Origin: Rhodopila sp.
GTDB taxonomy: Bacteria; Pseudomonadota; Alphaproteobacteria; Acetobacterales; Acetobacteraceae
Direction of reading: 5' to 3'
DNA: 64,000 bases
Assembly (NCBI GenBank): GCA_050010355.1
Contig: JBEKLE010000007.1
Coordinates: 3,976 to 67,975 of the forward strand
Part shown: in pieces, positions 28,324 to 38,282 of the stretch
How the letters are laid out: each line of letters begins with the position of its first letter
How positions within the stretch are numbered: position 1 is the first letter of the stretch
Program-made: the position numbers and the translations under genes
The notes under the pieces: generated by a model
Told to the model about the DNA's origin: nothing
The model's database searches: none
The model's input: only the letters and a program-made list of their open reading frames with translations

Positions 28324-31300
28324 TCACGCGGCCATCCGGCCAGGCGTGACACCAAACAGATAGTCGATATCCTCCGCATCCATCGCCGGCAGCGCAATCC
28401 CGTCCTCACTCAGCGCCAGACTCGCCAGCGCGGCCTTCCGCTCCTGCAACTCCACGATCCGCTCCTCAACCGTGTCCGCCGCGATCAGCTTGTAGACAAA
28501 CACCGACTTCGTCTGCCCGATCCGGTGAGCCCGGTCCGACGCCTGGTCCTCAACCGCCGGGTTCCACCAAGGATCATAGTGGATAACGGTATCGGCCGAA
28601 GTCAGGTTCAGCCCGCGCCCGCCCGCCTTCAGGCTGATCAGGAACAGCGGCACCTCCCCGGCCTCGAAGCAGCGGACCGGTTCCGCACGATCGGTGGTGT
28701 CGCCACGCAACTCGGCGAACGCAATCCCCGCGGCCGCCAGCGCCGGCTTGATCAGATCGAGCATCGACGTGAACTGCGAGAACAACAGAATACGCCGGCC
28801 TTCCGCGATCATCTCCGAGACCATTTCCAACAGGTCGTCCAGTTTGCTCGAAGACCCGGTCAGCCGCGCCGACGGCAACTTCACCAGCCGGGGATCGCAG
28901 CACACTTGCCGCAGCTTCAGCAGCGCGTCGAGCACCAGCACGTGGCTCTGCGCCACGCCCCGCGCGGCAATGCCCTGTGTCACCCGCTCGTGCATGGTCG
29001 TACGGATCGTCTCGTAAAGCTCCCGCTGATCCGGTGCCAGCGTGATACGCCGCAAGATCGTATGCTTGGGCGGCAGTTCGGTTGCCACCGCTGACTTGGT
29101 GCGGCGCAAAATGAAAGGACGAATGCGAGACGCAAGCTGGCGGCGGCGCACCGGGTCGCCGTCCTTCTCGATCGGCGTGCGGAACCGGCGCGTGAAGCTT
29201 TTGCGATGACCCAGCAGCCCGGGCATCAGGAAGGCAAACTGGGACCACAGTTCGCCGAGATTGTTCTCGATCGGCGTGCCCGACAGACACAAACGATGGC
29301 GCGTATCCAGCCGGCAGACCGCATGTGTCGCCTTCGCGGACGGGCTTTTGATGGCCTGCGCCTCGTCCAGCACGACCATGTGCCAGGGCAGGTTCGCCAT
29401 CTCCTCGATGTCGCGTGCCAGCACGGTGTAGGTGGTGATCACAACATGCTCACGGGTCAGGTCGCGCCGCCGCTCGTGGCGTTCCAGCCCGTGCAGCACC
29501 ACCACACGCAGATCCGGCGCGAACCGGGCTATCTCGGCGGTCCAGTTCGGCACCAGGCTGGTCGGCACGACCACGAGTGCCGGCCGGTCGAGCCGGCCCT
29601 GCGCTTCCTCGATCACGATATGCGCGATGACCTGGGCCGTCTTGCCGAGGCCCATGTCATCCGCCAGCAGCCCGCCAAGCCCGTTCTCCCGCAGGTGCTG
29701 CAGCCAGTTGACCCCCTGCTGCTGATACGGCCGCAGATGCGCGGTGAAACCCGCGGGCACCGGCGCCTCAGGGATCTCGGCGACCGCGCGAAACCGGGCG
29801 ACATGGGCGGCGATGGCCGCGCCGTCATGCCAGCGCGTGGTAACCAGATCCTCCAGGTCAAGCACGCTGGGCGCCGCGTCGGCCTCCAGCACCATCGTAT
29901 CATCCGTGGTGCGGCTGGCCGCCTCGAACAGATCATCCATCACCGCGAGCAGGCGGGTGATGCGTTCGGCCGGCAGCTTCAGAATCCGGCCGTCGTCCAG
30001 GCTGGTGACAATCTCGCCGCCGGTGATCCGGGCCGCTGCGATGCCGCCACGTTCGCGCAGGCGCGTCAGGATCGGCAGCAGCGGGTGGCGGACACCATCG
30101 ATCTCGATGCCGAAATCGAGCGAGAACGCTCCCTGCGGCGCGTCGGTCACCGTCATGTCGCAGAGGCCAACGGACTTGACCAGACGGGGACCGAAATCCG
30201 TGTCGATCCGGCTGCGCCAGCCAAGCGCCTGAAGTGCGGGGACGCGTTCGGCGACGAAGCCCTGCCAGCACTCGGCGGCCTCGCGACCACGGAAGACGAA
30301 CACCAGCCGGCCCTTTTCCGCCTTTCCAGCCGCCATCCGCATCTGCACCATGCCGTCCTGGCGAATCGCGTCCAGGGCGGCGGTTTCGGCCGCGCGGTCG
30401 CGCCGCACGAACACCGGCCCGCCCGGTGCGTTACAACGCACGAACTGCCGGTCGTCATCGAACGGGACGATGGCACCGTCGTAGTCAAACTCGATTAGCA
30501 GCGCGTCAACCTGCTGCATCCGGCCGAACTCGTCGGGGCAGGGGAAGCGGGTCAGCCGCAGCACAGGGGTCGGCGGCCGTTCGACGATCACCTGCTCGCT
30601 GACGGTGGCCGTTTCGGTCCGCCGCCTGGGCGGCTCGATCGGGCCGCGGCCGCCAGCGGGTGCGACGAACGCCGGCCGCGGCGGCGGGGCGGGCGCCTGG
30701 ATGCGGATGCGGGCGACAGCGCCGGTGGACGCATCGACATACCAAGGTCCGGAATCGGCAACAATGACGCCCGATCGGGGTGGCAGTGTCGCGGCCGAGG
30801 CGGAGGTGAACACCCGCGTCTCCCCCTTGACGAGGCGACTTCCCCCGGCATGCCAGCGCGCCTGCCCGCTCTCGATCAGCGCATCCAGGACGTCGACAAC
30901 CAGCGTCGCCGGCACACCCGTGCGTGGTTCGTTCCCCTCGCCCAGCAGGTAGGCGACATCGCGGATTTTCGGGTCGGCCTGTTCGTCGCCGGCGATCTGG
31001 CGCGGTGTGGTCGGCTCCCCGATACCCGTCCGTTCGCCAAGCAGCAGCGTGGTGACGACGCAGGCGTGCGGGGCTTCGGCGGGGGCCAGTTCGAACACGA
31101 CCCGTTGCCGCTCTTTCACCGGCGCTGCCGTGGTCAGCGTGTCGAGGAAGCTCTGCTGCTCCGGCTTGCGCAAGGCAGGGAACCGGTCGAGTGCCGCAAA
31201 CGCCGCCGCCGCCAGATGAGCGCAGCCGCGGATGCCACAACTGCACGCGTGATCGAACACCACGCGGCGCCCAAGCAGCGCGGGGGTGAAGCGAACTTGG

Positions 31301-31452
31301 TGGGCGACGCCCCTTTCCTGGACGACGCCGGTGACCGTGTCGCCGCCGAGGGCCACCTCCACGCCACCCGCCAGCCCCAGACCACGGCCTTGCGTGAGGG
31401 CGCGGGCGTCGAAGATGCGACCGAGGTCCTGGGAAGTGAACGGCGTCGGCAT
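28324..31452 (-). CDS. SNF2-family helicase with N-terminal SWIM-like zinc finger
   Basis: CSCGIRGCAH; LADDMGLGKT, VLDEAQAIK, LSGTPIENNLGELWSQF, FSQFTSML, SLKAGGRGLNLT, DPWWNPAVEDQASDRAHRIGQ. Confidence 0.95.
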   Translation of the reverse strand: MPTPFTSQDLGRIFDARALTQGRGLGLAGGVEVALGGDTVTGVVQERGVAHQVRFTPALLGRRVVFDHACSCGIRGCAHLAAAAFAALDRFPALRKPEQQSFLDTLTTAAPVKERQRVVFELAPAEAPHACVVTTLLLGERTGIGEPTTPRQIAGDEQADPKIRDVAYLLGEGNEPRTGVPATLVVDVLDALIESGQARWHAGGSRLVKGETRVFTSASAATLPPRSGVIVADSGPWYVDASTGAVARIRIQAPAPPPRPAFVAPAGGRGPIEPPRRRTETATVSEQVIVERPPTPVLRLTRFPCPDEFGRMQQVDALLIEFDYDGAIVPFDDDRQFVRCNAPGGPVFVRRDRAAETAALDAIRQDGMVQMRMAAGKAEKGRLVFVFRGREAAECWQGFVAERVPALQALGWRSRIDTDFGPRLVKSVGLCDMTVTDAPQGAFSLDFGIEIDGVRHPLLPILTRLRERGGIAAARITGGEIVTSLDDGRILKLPAERITRLLAVMDDLFEAASRTTDDTMVLEADAAPSVLDLEDLVTTRWHDGAAIAAHVARFRAVAEIPEAPVPAGFTAHLRPYQQQGVNWLQHLRENGLGGLLADDMGLGKTAQVIAHIVIEEAQGRLDRPALVVVPTSLVPNWTAEIARFAPDLRVVVLHGLERHERRRDLTREHVVITTYTVLARDIEEMANLPWHMVVLDEAQAIKSPSAKATHAVCRLDTRHRLCLSGTPIENNLGELWSQFAFLMPGLLGHRKSFTRRFRTPIEKDGDPVRRRQLASRIRPFILRRTKSAVATELPPKHTILRRITLAPDQRELYETIRTTMHERVTQGIAARGVAQSHVLVLDALLKLRQVCCDPRLVKLPSARLTGSSSKLDDLLEMVSEMIAEGRRILLFSQFTSMLDLIKPALAAAGIAFAELRGDTTDRAEPVRCFEAGEVPLFLISLKAGGRGLNLTSADTVIHYDPWWNPAVEDQASDRAHRIGQTKSVFVYKLIAADTVEERIVELQERKAALASLALSEDGIALPAMDAEDIDYLFGVTPGRMAA

Positions 31453-31725
31453 TGTCGTGACAAGACCCTCGGGCGGTTGGAGGTAAGGCGAAGGCCGACT
31501 CGGGCTGAGCCAGCCGGGGAATGAACGAGACGCCCGATTTCGCCCGTCATTGCAAGGCTTGAAACCGCGGCGAGTACGATGCCCATCCTCACGGATCGGC
31601 GAGCCTCCTCACGGACCGGCGAAAGTGTCGTCCCCTGCCGAACGCGGCATGAACAAGCCGCCATCCCGGGAACCGGCGCCGGTCCCGGCGGTTCCTCACG
31701 CATCTTGAGATGCGGGAGAGCGGAT

Positions 31726-33519
31726 ATGGCGCAGACGGTCGGGGATTTCTTCTGGGATCGCCTCTATCAATGGGGTGTGCGCCGCGTTTTCGGTTATCCC
31801 GGCGATGGTATCAACGGCCTGCTCGGCGCACTCAATCGTTTTGGCGAGGACAAGATACAGTTCGTCCAGGTCCGCCATGAGGAAATGGCGGCATTCATGG
31901 CATCCGCCCATGCCAAGTTCACCGGCGAGCTTGGCGTGTGCCTCGCCACCTCCGGCCCCGGCGCATCCCACCTCATCACCGGACTGTATGACGCTCGGCT
32001 CGATCACATGCCGGTCCTCGCCATCGCCGGCCAGCAGGCGCGCAACGCCGTCGGCGGCCACTATCAGCAGGAAGTCGATCTGGTCAGCATGTTCAAGGAC
32101 GTCGCCGGCGCCTTCGTGCAGCAGGCCAGCACAGCACCTCAGGTCCGCCACCTGATCGACCGCGCCGTCCGTATCGCAATGGGCGAGCGCCGCGTCACCG
32201 CCCTGATCTTTCCCAACGACCTGCAGGACGAACCCTACACCGAGCCGCCGCGCAAGCACGGCACACTGCACTCGGGCGTTGGCTACACCGACCCGAAGGT
32301 CGTTCCGTATGAAACCGATCTGCGCCGCGCCGCCGAGGTGCTGAACGCCGGCAAAAAAGTCGCCATCCTGGTCGGTGCCGGCGCGCTGCACGCCACGGAC
32401 GAGGTCATTGCGGTCGCCGATCGGCTTGGTGCGGGCGTGGCAAAGGCGCTGCTGGGCAAAGCCGCGCTGCCTGACGATCTCCCCTGGGTCACCGGCTCCA
32501 TCGGGCTGCTCGGGACCAAACCAAGCTGGGATCTGATGACCGGCTGCGACACCCTGCTGATGGTTGGGTCTGGCTTCCCCTATGCCGAGTTTCTGCCCAG
32601 CGAGGGACAGGCCCGCGGCGTTCAGATCGACCTCAAACCCGATATGCTGAGCATCCGCTATCCCATGGAAGTCAGTCTCGTCGGCGACAGTGCGGAAACG
32701 TTGCGCGCGCTGCTGCCGCTGCTGAACGAGAAAGCCGATCGCTCCTGGCGCGAAACGATTGAACAGAACGTTTCCGCATGGTGGAAGGAAGCCGAATCCC
32801 GAGCCATGCACCGCGCCAAACCGGTCAATCCGCAACGCGTCACCTGGGAACTGTCGCCGCGCCTGCCGGAACGGGCGATTGTCACCAGCGATTCCGGATC
32901 ATGTGCAAACTGGTACGCCCGCGATATCAAAGTGCGGCGCGGCATGATGTGCTCGCTGTCCGGCGGCCTGGCCTCGATGGGGGCCGCGGTTCCCTACGCC
33001 ATCGCGGCGAAGTTCGCGCATCCTGACCGGCCGGTCGTGGCGCTGGTCGGCGATGGCGCGATGCAGATGAACAACATGGCGGAACTCATTACCGTCGCGA
33101 AATACTGGCGCGCATGGCCCGACAGGACCTGGGTGGTCTGCGTCTTCAACAACCAGGACCTCAATCAGGTGACATGGGAACAGCGCGTCATGGAGGGTGA
33201 CCCGAAGTTCAACGCCACCCAGCAGATTCCCGATGTGCCCTACCACCGCTTCGCCGAAATGATCGGGCTGCGCGGTATCTTCGTCGATGACCCGGACGAT
33301 CTGGCCGGCGCCTGGGATGAAGCGCTGTCATCCGATCGCCCCGTGGTCCTGGAGGTCCGGACCGATCCGAACGTCCCGCCGCTGCCGTCACACATCACAT
33401 TGCAGCAGGCCAAGGCCTTCGCATCCACCATGGTCAAGGGCGACCCGGAGGAAAAGAGCATGATCGTTGACACCGCAAAGGAGCTCCTCAGCGGCGTCCT
33501 TCCGGGCCGGCGGGGTTAA
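31726..33519 (+). CDS. Thiamine-pyrophosphate-dependent enzyme (pyruvate oxidase/PoxB-like family)
   Basis: FGYPGDGING, RHEEMAAFMA, TSGPGASHLITGLYDA, GDGAMQMNN TPP motif; GGGAG RBS. Confidence 0.92.
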   Translation: MAQTVGDFFWDRLYQWGVRRVFGYPGDGINGLLGALNRFGEDKIQFVQVRHEEMAAFMASAHAKFTGELGVCLATSGPGASHLITGLYDARLDHMPVLAIAGQQARNAVGGHYQQEVDLVSMFKDVAGAFVQQASTAPQVRHLIDRAVRIAMGERRVTALIFPNDLQDEPYTEPPRKHGTLHSGVGYTDPKVVPYETDLRRAAEVLNAGKKVAILVGAGALHATDEVIAVADRLGAGVAKALLGKAALPDDLPWVTGSIGLLGTKPSWDLMTGCDTLLMVGSGFPYAEFLPSEGQARGVQIDLKPDMLSIRYPMEVSLVGDSAETLRALLPLLNEKADRSWRETIEQNVSAWWKEAESRAMHRAKPVNPQRVTWELSPRLPERAIVTSDSGSCANWYARDIKVRRGMMCSLSGGLASMGAAVPYAIAAKFAHPDRPVVALVGDGAMQMNNMAELITVAKYWRAWPDRTWVVCVFNNQDLNQVTWEQRVMEGDPKFNATQQIPDVPYHRFAEMIGLRGIFVDDPDDLAGAWDEALSSDRPVVLEVRTDPNVPPLPSHITLQQAKAFASTMVKGDPEEKSMIVDTAKELLSGVLPGRRG

Positions 33520-33523
33520 CCGC

Positions 33524-33760
33524 ATGAGCGCGACACCACGACCCAGAAGCGGGACGCTCCATGCCATACTGCGAGAGGTGGAACCAGGGCTCTACCGCGC
33601 GGAATACAGCGGCGAGATCAATCCGGAAAACCCCGATGAACGGGAAATCCCGGATTTTCACATCGGCACTGATCCCGCGGCGGTGACAAACTGGGTGGAG
33701 GAAATGGCAATCGGTCTGGGTTACGACCAGGTCGTCTGGGATTTACCAGACCGGAACTGA
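33524..33760 (+). CDS. Small hypothetical protein
   Basis: Directly follows the TPP enzyme; 78 aa with protein-like composition. Confidence 0.6.
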   Translation: MSATPRPRSGTLHAILREVEPGLYRAEYSGEINPENPDEREIPDFHIGTDPAAVTNWVEEMAIGLGYDQVVWDLPDRN

Positions 33761-33764
33761 AGTC

Positions 33765-33929
33765 ATACCAGTCCGCGTTGGAACCGACCTTCCGACGATA
33801 CTGTCTCGTCTTGCCGACAGAGGTCGGCATCCACGCCTTTCTTGTGGGTAGTCAGAGGCGTGGATACCGACCTGCGTCGGTATGACAAGTGAAACGGCGT
33901 TGCCGATTGTTCGATATGCCGGCTGGTGT
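33765..33929. repeat. Palindromic miniature element (MITE-like family A), copy 1
   Basis: Ends ATACCAGTCCGC / GCCGGCTGGTGT; core GCCGAC..GTCGGCATCCACGCCTTT...AGGCGTGGATACCGAC..GTCGGTATGAC. Confidence 0.75.
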
Positions 33930-33944
33930 CAGCCAGTCCTGAAC

Positions 33945-35735
33945 TCAGAAAGCCGCCTCGTCCATCTCCATCATGGCACCCTTGCCCGCCTTGATCGCAA
34001 CCAGCAGCCCGCCAACCTGGGGCAGAACCCGTTCCATGTAGAAGCGGGCCGTCGTCAGCTTCGCCTTGTAGAACGCAGCGTCGCCGTCGCCGCGGCCCAG
34101 CTTGTCGACCGCGATGACCGCCGAACGTGCCCACATGAAGCCGAGTGCAACGAGCCCGAACAGCCGCAGATACTCGGTCGCGGCGGCGCCGGCTTCTTCC
34201 GGATCGGCCATGCCCTTCGAGGCGATCTCCCTCGTGGCAAGTTGCAGCGCCCCGAACGCCTTCGTGAACCCCTTGATCATCTCGCCAAGCTGCTCGTGCG
34301 CGCTGTGCGCTTCAATGAAATCGCTGACTGGATGGAAAAACGCCCGCAGCATTCGCCCGGCGTCCTGCGAAATTTTGCGACCGACCAGATCGAGCGCCTG
34401 GATGCCGTTGGTCCCCTCATAGATCATCGAGATCCGGGCATCGCGCACAAGCTGCTCCATCCCCTGTTCGCGGATGTAGCCGTACCCGCCACACACCTGC
34501 AGCCCGAGGTTGGTGGCCTCGAAGCCGAGGTCGGTGAACAGCGCTTTCACCACCGGAGTCATCAATGCCGTAAAGTCCGCGGCGCGCTTGCGGGCGTCCG
34601 GATCGTGCGACCGATCCATCTCGTCCAGCTCCCGCGCCACCCAGCCCCCCAGCGCTCTGCAACCCTCGGTATAGGCGCGAATTGTGAGAAGCATGCGGCG
34701 CACGTCGGGGTGCACGATGATCGGGTCCGCTGCCTTGTCGGGGGCCTTGGCACCGCTCAGGCTGCGGCCCTGGATGCGTTCGCGGGCAAAGGCGACAGCG
34801 CTCTGGTAGCTGGTTTCCGCAGCACCCAGGCCCTGGATGCCGACCGAGAGGCGCTCGCTGTTCATCATCGTGAACATCGTGGCGAGGCCCTTGTTCGCGT
34901 CGCCCACCAGCCAGCCGGTGGCGTCCTCGAACGCCAGTTGGCAGGTCGCGGACCCCTTGATGCCCATCTTGTGCTCCAGCGCGGTGCAGATCACGCCATT
35001 CCGCACGCCGGGCCGGCCGTCAGCGGTGGGAATAAATTTCGGGACCAGAAACATGCTGATCCCGCGGCTCCCACGCGGCGCATCCGGCAGGCGGGCAAGC
35101 ACAAGGTGAATGATATTCTCCGTGAGGTCGTGCTCGCCGGCGCTGATAAACGTCTTCGACCCGCTGATCCTGTAGCTGCCGTCGTCCTGCGGAACCGCAC
35201 GGGTCCGCAACAAACCCAGATCGGATCCGGAATTGGCTTCCGTCAGGCACATCGTGCCGGTCCATGTGCCATCCACCATCTTCGCCAGATAGGCATCCTT
35301 CAGTTCATCCGAGGCATGGCTGGCGATCGCCTGGTAAGCGCCGTGAGTAAGGCCCGGGTAAAGGCTGAAGGCGAGATTGGCCGAACAGATCATTTCTTCG
35401 ACGAGTTTGTTCAGGCTTTCCGGCAGCCCCTGGCCGCCATATTTCGGATCGGATGCCAGCGCAGTCCAGCCGCCCTCGCGAAAGGTATCGTAAGCTTCCT
35501 TGTAGCCCTTGGGCGTACGAACGACACCGTTCTCCAGCACGCAGCCCACCTCGTCACCGGGTGCGTTGGTCGGCAGCAGGACTTCCTCGGCCACCTTGGC
35601 AGCTTCTTCGAGGATACTGTCCATCAGGTCAGGTGAAATTTCCTCGAAGCCCCGAAGCCGGCTAAGGGCCGCGCTGTCGTGCAGTTCGTGCAGCACGAAG
35701 CGCATGTCACGAAGTGGGGCCTTATAGGTCTGCAT
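33945..35735 (-). CDS. Acyl-CoA dehydrogenase
   Basis: YKAPLRDMRF, TGTMCLTE..GSDLG, GSKTFIS, HKMGIKGSAT, GGYGYIREQGMEQLVRDARISMIYEGTNGIQALDL. Confidence 0.95.
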   Translation of the reverse strand: MQTYKAPLRDMRFVLHELHDSAALSRLRGFEEISPDLMDSILEEAAKVAEEVLLPTNAPGDEVGCVLENGVVRTPKGYKEAYDTFREGGWTALASDPKYGGQGLPESLNKLVEEMICSANLAFSLYPGLTHGAYQAIASHASDELKDAYLAKMVDGTWTGTMCLTEANSGSDLGLLRTRAVPQDDGSYRISGSKTFISAGEHDLTENIIHLVLARLPDAPRGSRGISMFLVPKFIPTADGRPGVRNGVICTALEHKMGIKGSATCQLAFEDATGWLVGDANKGLATMFTMMNSERLSVGIQGLGAAETSYQSAVAFARERIQGRSLSGAKAPDKAADPIIVHPDVRRMLLTIRAYTEGCRALGGWVARELDEMDRSHDPDARKRAADFTALMTPVVKALFTDLGFEATNLGLQVCGGYGYIREQGMEQLVRDARISMIYEGTNGIQALDLVGRKISQDAGRMLRAFFHPVSDFIEAHSAHEQLGEMIKGFTKAFGALQLATREIASKGMADPEEAGAAATEYLRLFGLVALGFMWARSAVIAVDKLGRGDGDAAFYKAKLTTARFYMERVLPQVGGLLVAIKAGKGAMMEMDEAAF

Positions 35736-35772
35736 GGAATGCCTCGTGTCTTCGGTGGCCCAACGCCGCGTG

Positions 35773-35938
35773 ACACCAACCCGCGATGACACCGAACTCT
35801 CTGTCGGCGCCTTCCGTCATGCCGACCACGGTCGCCATCCACGCCTTTCCCGCGCGAGTAATGCCTTCCCGTCATGCCGACGACGGTCGGCATCCACGCC
35901 TTTCCCGCGCGAGTAATAAAAGGCATGGATGCCGAGTG
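35773..35938. repeat. Family A element, copy 2, with an internal ~54-bp tandem duplication
   Basis: Starts ACACCAACCCGCGATGACACCG; units 35811-35862 and 35865-35917 are near-identical (CCGTCATGCCGAC..GGTCG.CATCCACGCCTTTCCCGCGCGAGTAAT). Confidence 0.8.
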
Positions 35939-35960
35939 TACCAATCCAGAGCGTGACAGC

Positions 35961-38282
35961 CTAATTGCGCAACGGCTTGCCGGTCTCCAGCGTATGCTGG
36001 ATCCGCGCCAGCGTCGGTGCCGTCTGTACCAGCCGCATGAACGCCCGGCGCTCCAGGTCGAGGATCTGCTGCTCGGTTACCGTATCGTTGATGTCGGTGT
36101 CGCCGCCACTCAGCACCTCGGCCAGCGCATCGGCAACGACCAGATCATGATCGGTCGCGACCCCGCGCTGATGCAACCCCTCCGCCGCCGAATTGAGCGC
36201 CACCCGCCCGGACGCGCCCGGCAAGATGTATTCCGGGGGCTTCGGCGGCGTGTAGCCGTCAACCAGCGCCAGTGCCCGCTGCTTCGCATCAGCAAGCAAC
36301 CGATCCCGGTTCATGCTGATGCCATCGGTCGAGCGGAGGAACTTCGCATCCATCGCCTGATGCGCCGATTTCGAGACATGAGCCGTGCTGACGATCTCGA
36401 ACACCTTGGCAAGGCCCGGCATCGGTCCACGCGGCAGCTTGGGTTCCGCCTGCCAGCGGGCGAGCATTTCGCTGCAACCGCCCCAGGCGGGGATCAGGCC
36501 TACGCCACACTCGACCAGCCCGAGAAAGGTCTCGGCGAACGCCTGCACCGCGTCGGCATGCAGGGTGATCTCGCAACCACCGCCGAGCGCCATGCCCGCG
36601 GGTGCAACCACGACGGGGAAGGGCGCGTATTTGAGGGCTTTATAGGCCTGTTGGCCGGCGGCAAGCAACGTCTCGATTTCACCCCAGGCGGCGATATTCG
36701 CGGCCACCAGCGCGGGGCCCAGATTGGCGCCAAGCGAGAAGTTGCTGCCCTCGTTGTAGATCACCAGCGCCTTGAATTTCGCTCCGACAACCTCGATCGA
36801 CTTGCCGAGCGCCTCGATGGTCTTGTCGTCCAGCGTATTGGCCTTCGAGGTGAATTCGAAGCACGCAACGCCGTCGCCAATGTCCCACAGCGAGGCGGAT
36901 CCGTTCTTCAGCACCGGCTCGGCTGTCAGCTTGATGTCTTCCAGCAGCAGTACGCCTGGCGCGCGGCCGATGTCATGGTAGGCCCCGTCGATGCCGAGAT
37001 ACTGGCGCTTGCCGCCATCGATTCGGTAGAAGGGTTTACCCGCGGCGTCCGACAGCAGTTTCGGGACGGTCAGACCGGCAACCGTCAACTGCTCGACCAG
37101 CCAGGCCGAACCCAGTTTGTCGGCAAGCTCAAACGGCCCCCATCTCCAGTTGTAGCCCAGCCGCATCGCCGCATCGATGTCGACGATCGAGCCAGCCGCT
37201 TCGGGGATCAAGGTCGCGGCATAGGCGAGGGTCTGGGTCAGTACCCGGAACGCGTAGGTGCCGGCTTTCCCCGGCGCCTTCAGGAGCACGCGCAAATCCC
37301 GCCCGGCGGCTTCGATTTCCGGCAGGCGGGGCTTCTGCTCTTGCCGGTACTGTCCGGAGTTCAGATCGATCGCCATCATGGTGCGGCGGCCTTCGGAACG
37401 ATCCAGACGGTAGAAGCCGCCTTTGCCTTTTCGCCCGATCAGACCTTGCTCGATCATACGCCCGATCAACGGCACGTCGCGGTCGACGCTGTGAAAAGCA
37501 TCGGATTTCGGCAGCGCCGCGCGCAGCGAGGCGTTCAAGTGCGGTCCCAGATCGATGCCGACGAGGTCCATCAGTCCGAACACGCCGGTCCTGGGAACCC
37601 CCATCGGCGGGCCGACGATCGCGTCCGCTTCCTCGACCGTTAGTCCCTGGTCGATGGCTTCGATCATTGCCAGTTGCATCCAGTAGATGCCAAGGCGGTT
37701 GGCGATGAAGCCCGGGCTGTCCTCGCAGCGCACGAGGCTCTTGCCGAGCGCGACATCGGAGAACCGCTCGACCGCCGCGAGGGTGTCCGCTGCGGTCTCC
37801 GGACCGGAGACAATTTCCAGCAGGCGCATATAACGGACCGGGTTGAAGAAGTGGGTGATCAGGAAGTCACGGCGGAAGGCCTCGTTCATGCCCTCGGTCA
37901 GCACTTTCAGCGCGATGGTGGAGGTGTTGGAACTGATCGCGCTGCCCGGCCGGCGCACCGCGTCCAGCTTGCGATACAGCGCCTGCTTGATGTCGGTGCG
38001 TTCGATCACCGCCTCGACGATCCAGTCGCAGTCGCGGAGCTTGCCGAGGTCGTCTTCGAGGTTGCCGGACTCGACCAGCTTGGCCGCCGCATCGTGCATG
38101 AACCCTTCAGTCTTCCGCAGCTTGGCCACCGCTTCCTCGGCCAGGGCGCTTCGGTTGTTGTTGCCGCTCGGGACGATATCGAGCAGCACCACCGGAATCC
38201 CGGCACTGGCGACCTGGGCGGCGATTCCCGCCCCCATCGTGCCCGCACCGATAACGCCGACCTTCTGAATCTGATTGACCAT
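35961..38282 (-). CDS. 3-hydroxyacyl-CoA dehydrogenase / enoyl-CoA hydratase (FadN-like)
   Basis: VIGAGTMGAG, SSNTST, HFFNPVRYMRLLE, GFIANRLG, C-terminal crotonase ALGGGCE; start overlaps the thiolase stop. Confidence 0.92.
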   Translation of the reverse strand: MVNQIQKVGVIGAGTMGAGIAAQVASAGIPVVLLDIVPSGNNNRSALAEEAVAKLRKTEGFMHDAAAKLVESGNLEDDLGKLRDCDWIVEAVIERTDIKQALYRKLDAVRRPGSAISSNTSTIALKVLTEGMNEAFRRDFLITHFFNPVRYMRLLEIVSGPETAADTLAAVERFSDVALGKSLVRCEDSPGFIANRLGIYWMQLAMIEAIDQGLTVEEADAIVGPPMGVPRTGVFGLMDLVGIDLGPHLNASLRAALPKSDAFHSVDRDVPLIGRMIEQGLIGRKGKGGFYRLDRSEGRRTMMAIDLNSGQYRQEQKPRLPEIEAAGRDLRVLLKAPGKAGTYAFRVLTQTLAYAATLIPEAAGSIVDIDAAMRLGYNWRWGPFELADKLGSAWLVEQLTVAGLTVPKLLSDAAGKPFYRIDGGKRQYLGIDGAYHDIGRAPGVLLLEDIKLTAEPVLKNGSASLWDIGDGVACFEFTSKANTLDDKTIEALGKSIEVVGAKFKALVIYNEGSNFSLGANLGPALVAANIAAWGEIETLLAAGQQAYKALKYAPFPVVVAPAGMALGGGCEITLHADAVQAFAETFLGLVECGVGLIPAWGGCSEMLARWQAEPKLPRGPMPGLAKVFEIVSTAHVSKSAHQAMDAKFLRSTDGISMNRDRLLADAKQRALALVDGYTPPKPPEYILPGASGRVALNSAAEGLHQRGVATDHDLVVADALAEVLSGGDTDINDTVTEQQILDLERRAFMRLVQTAPTLARIQHTLETGKPLRN

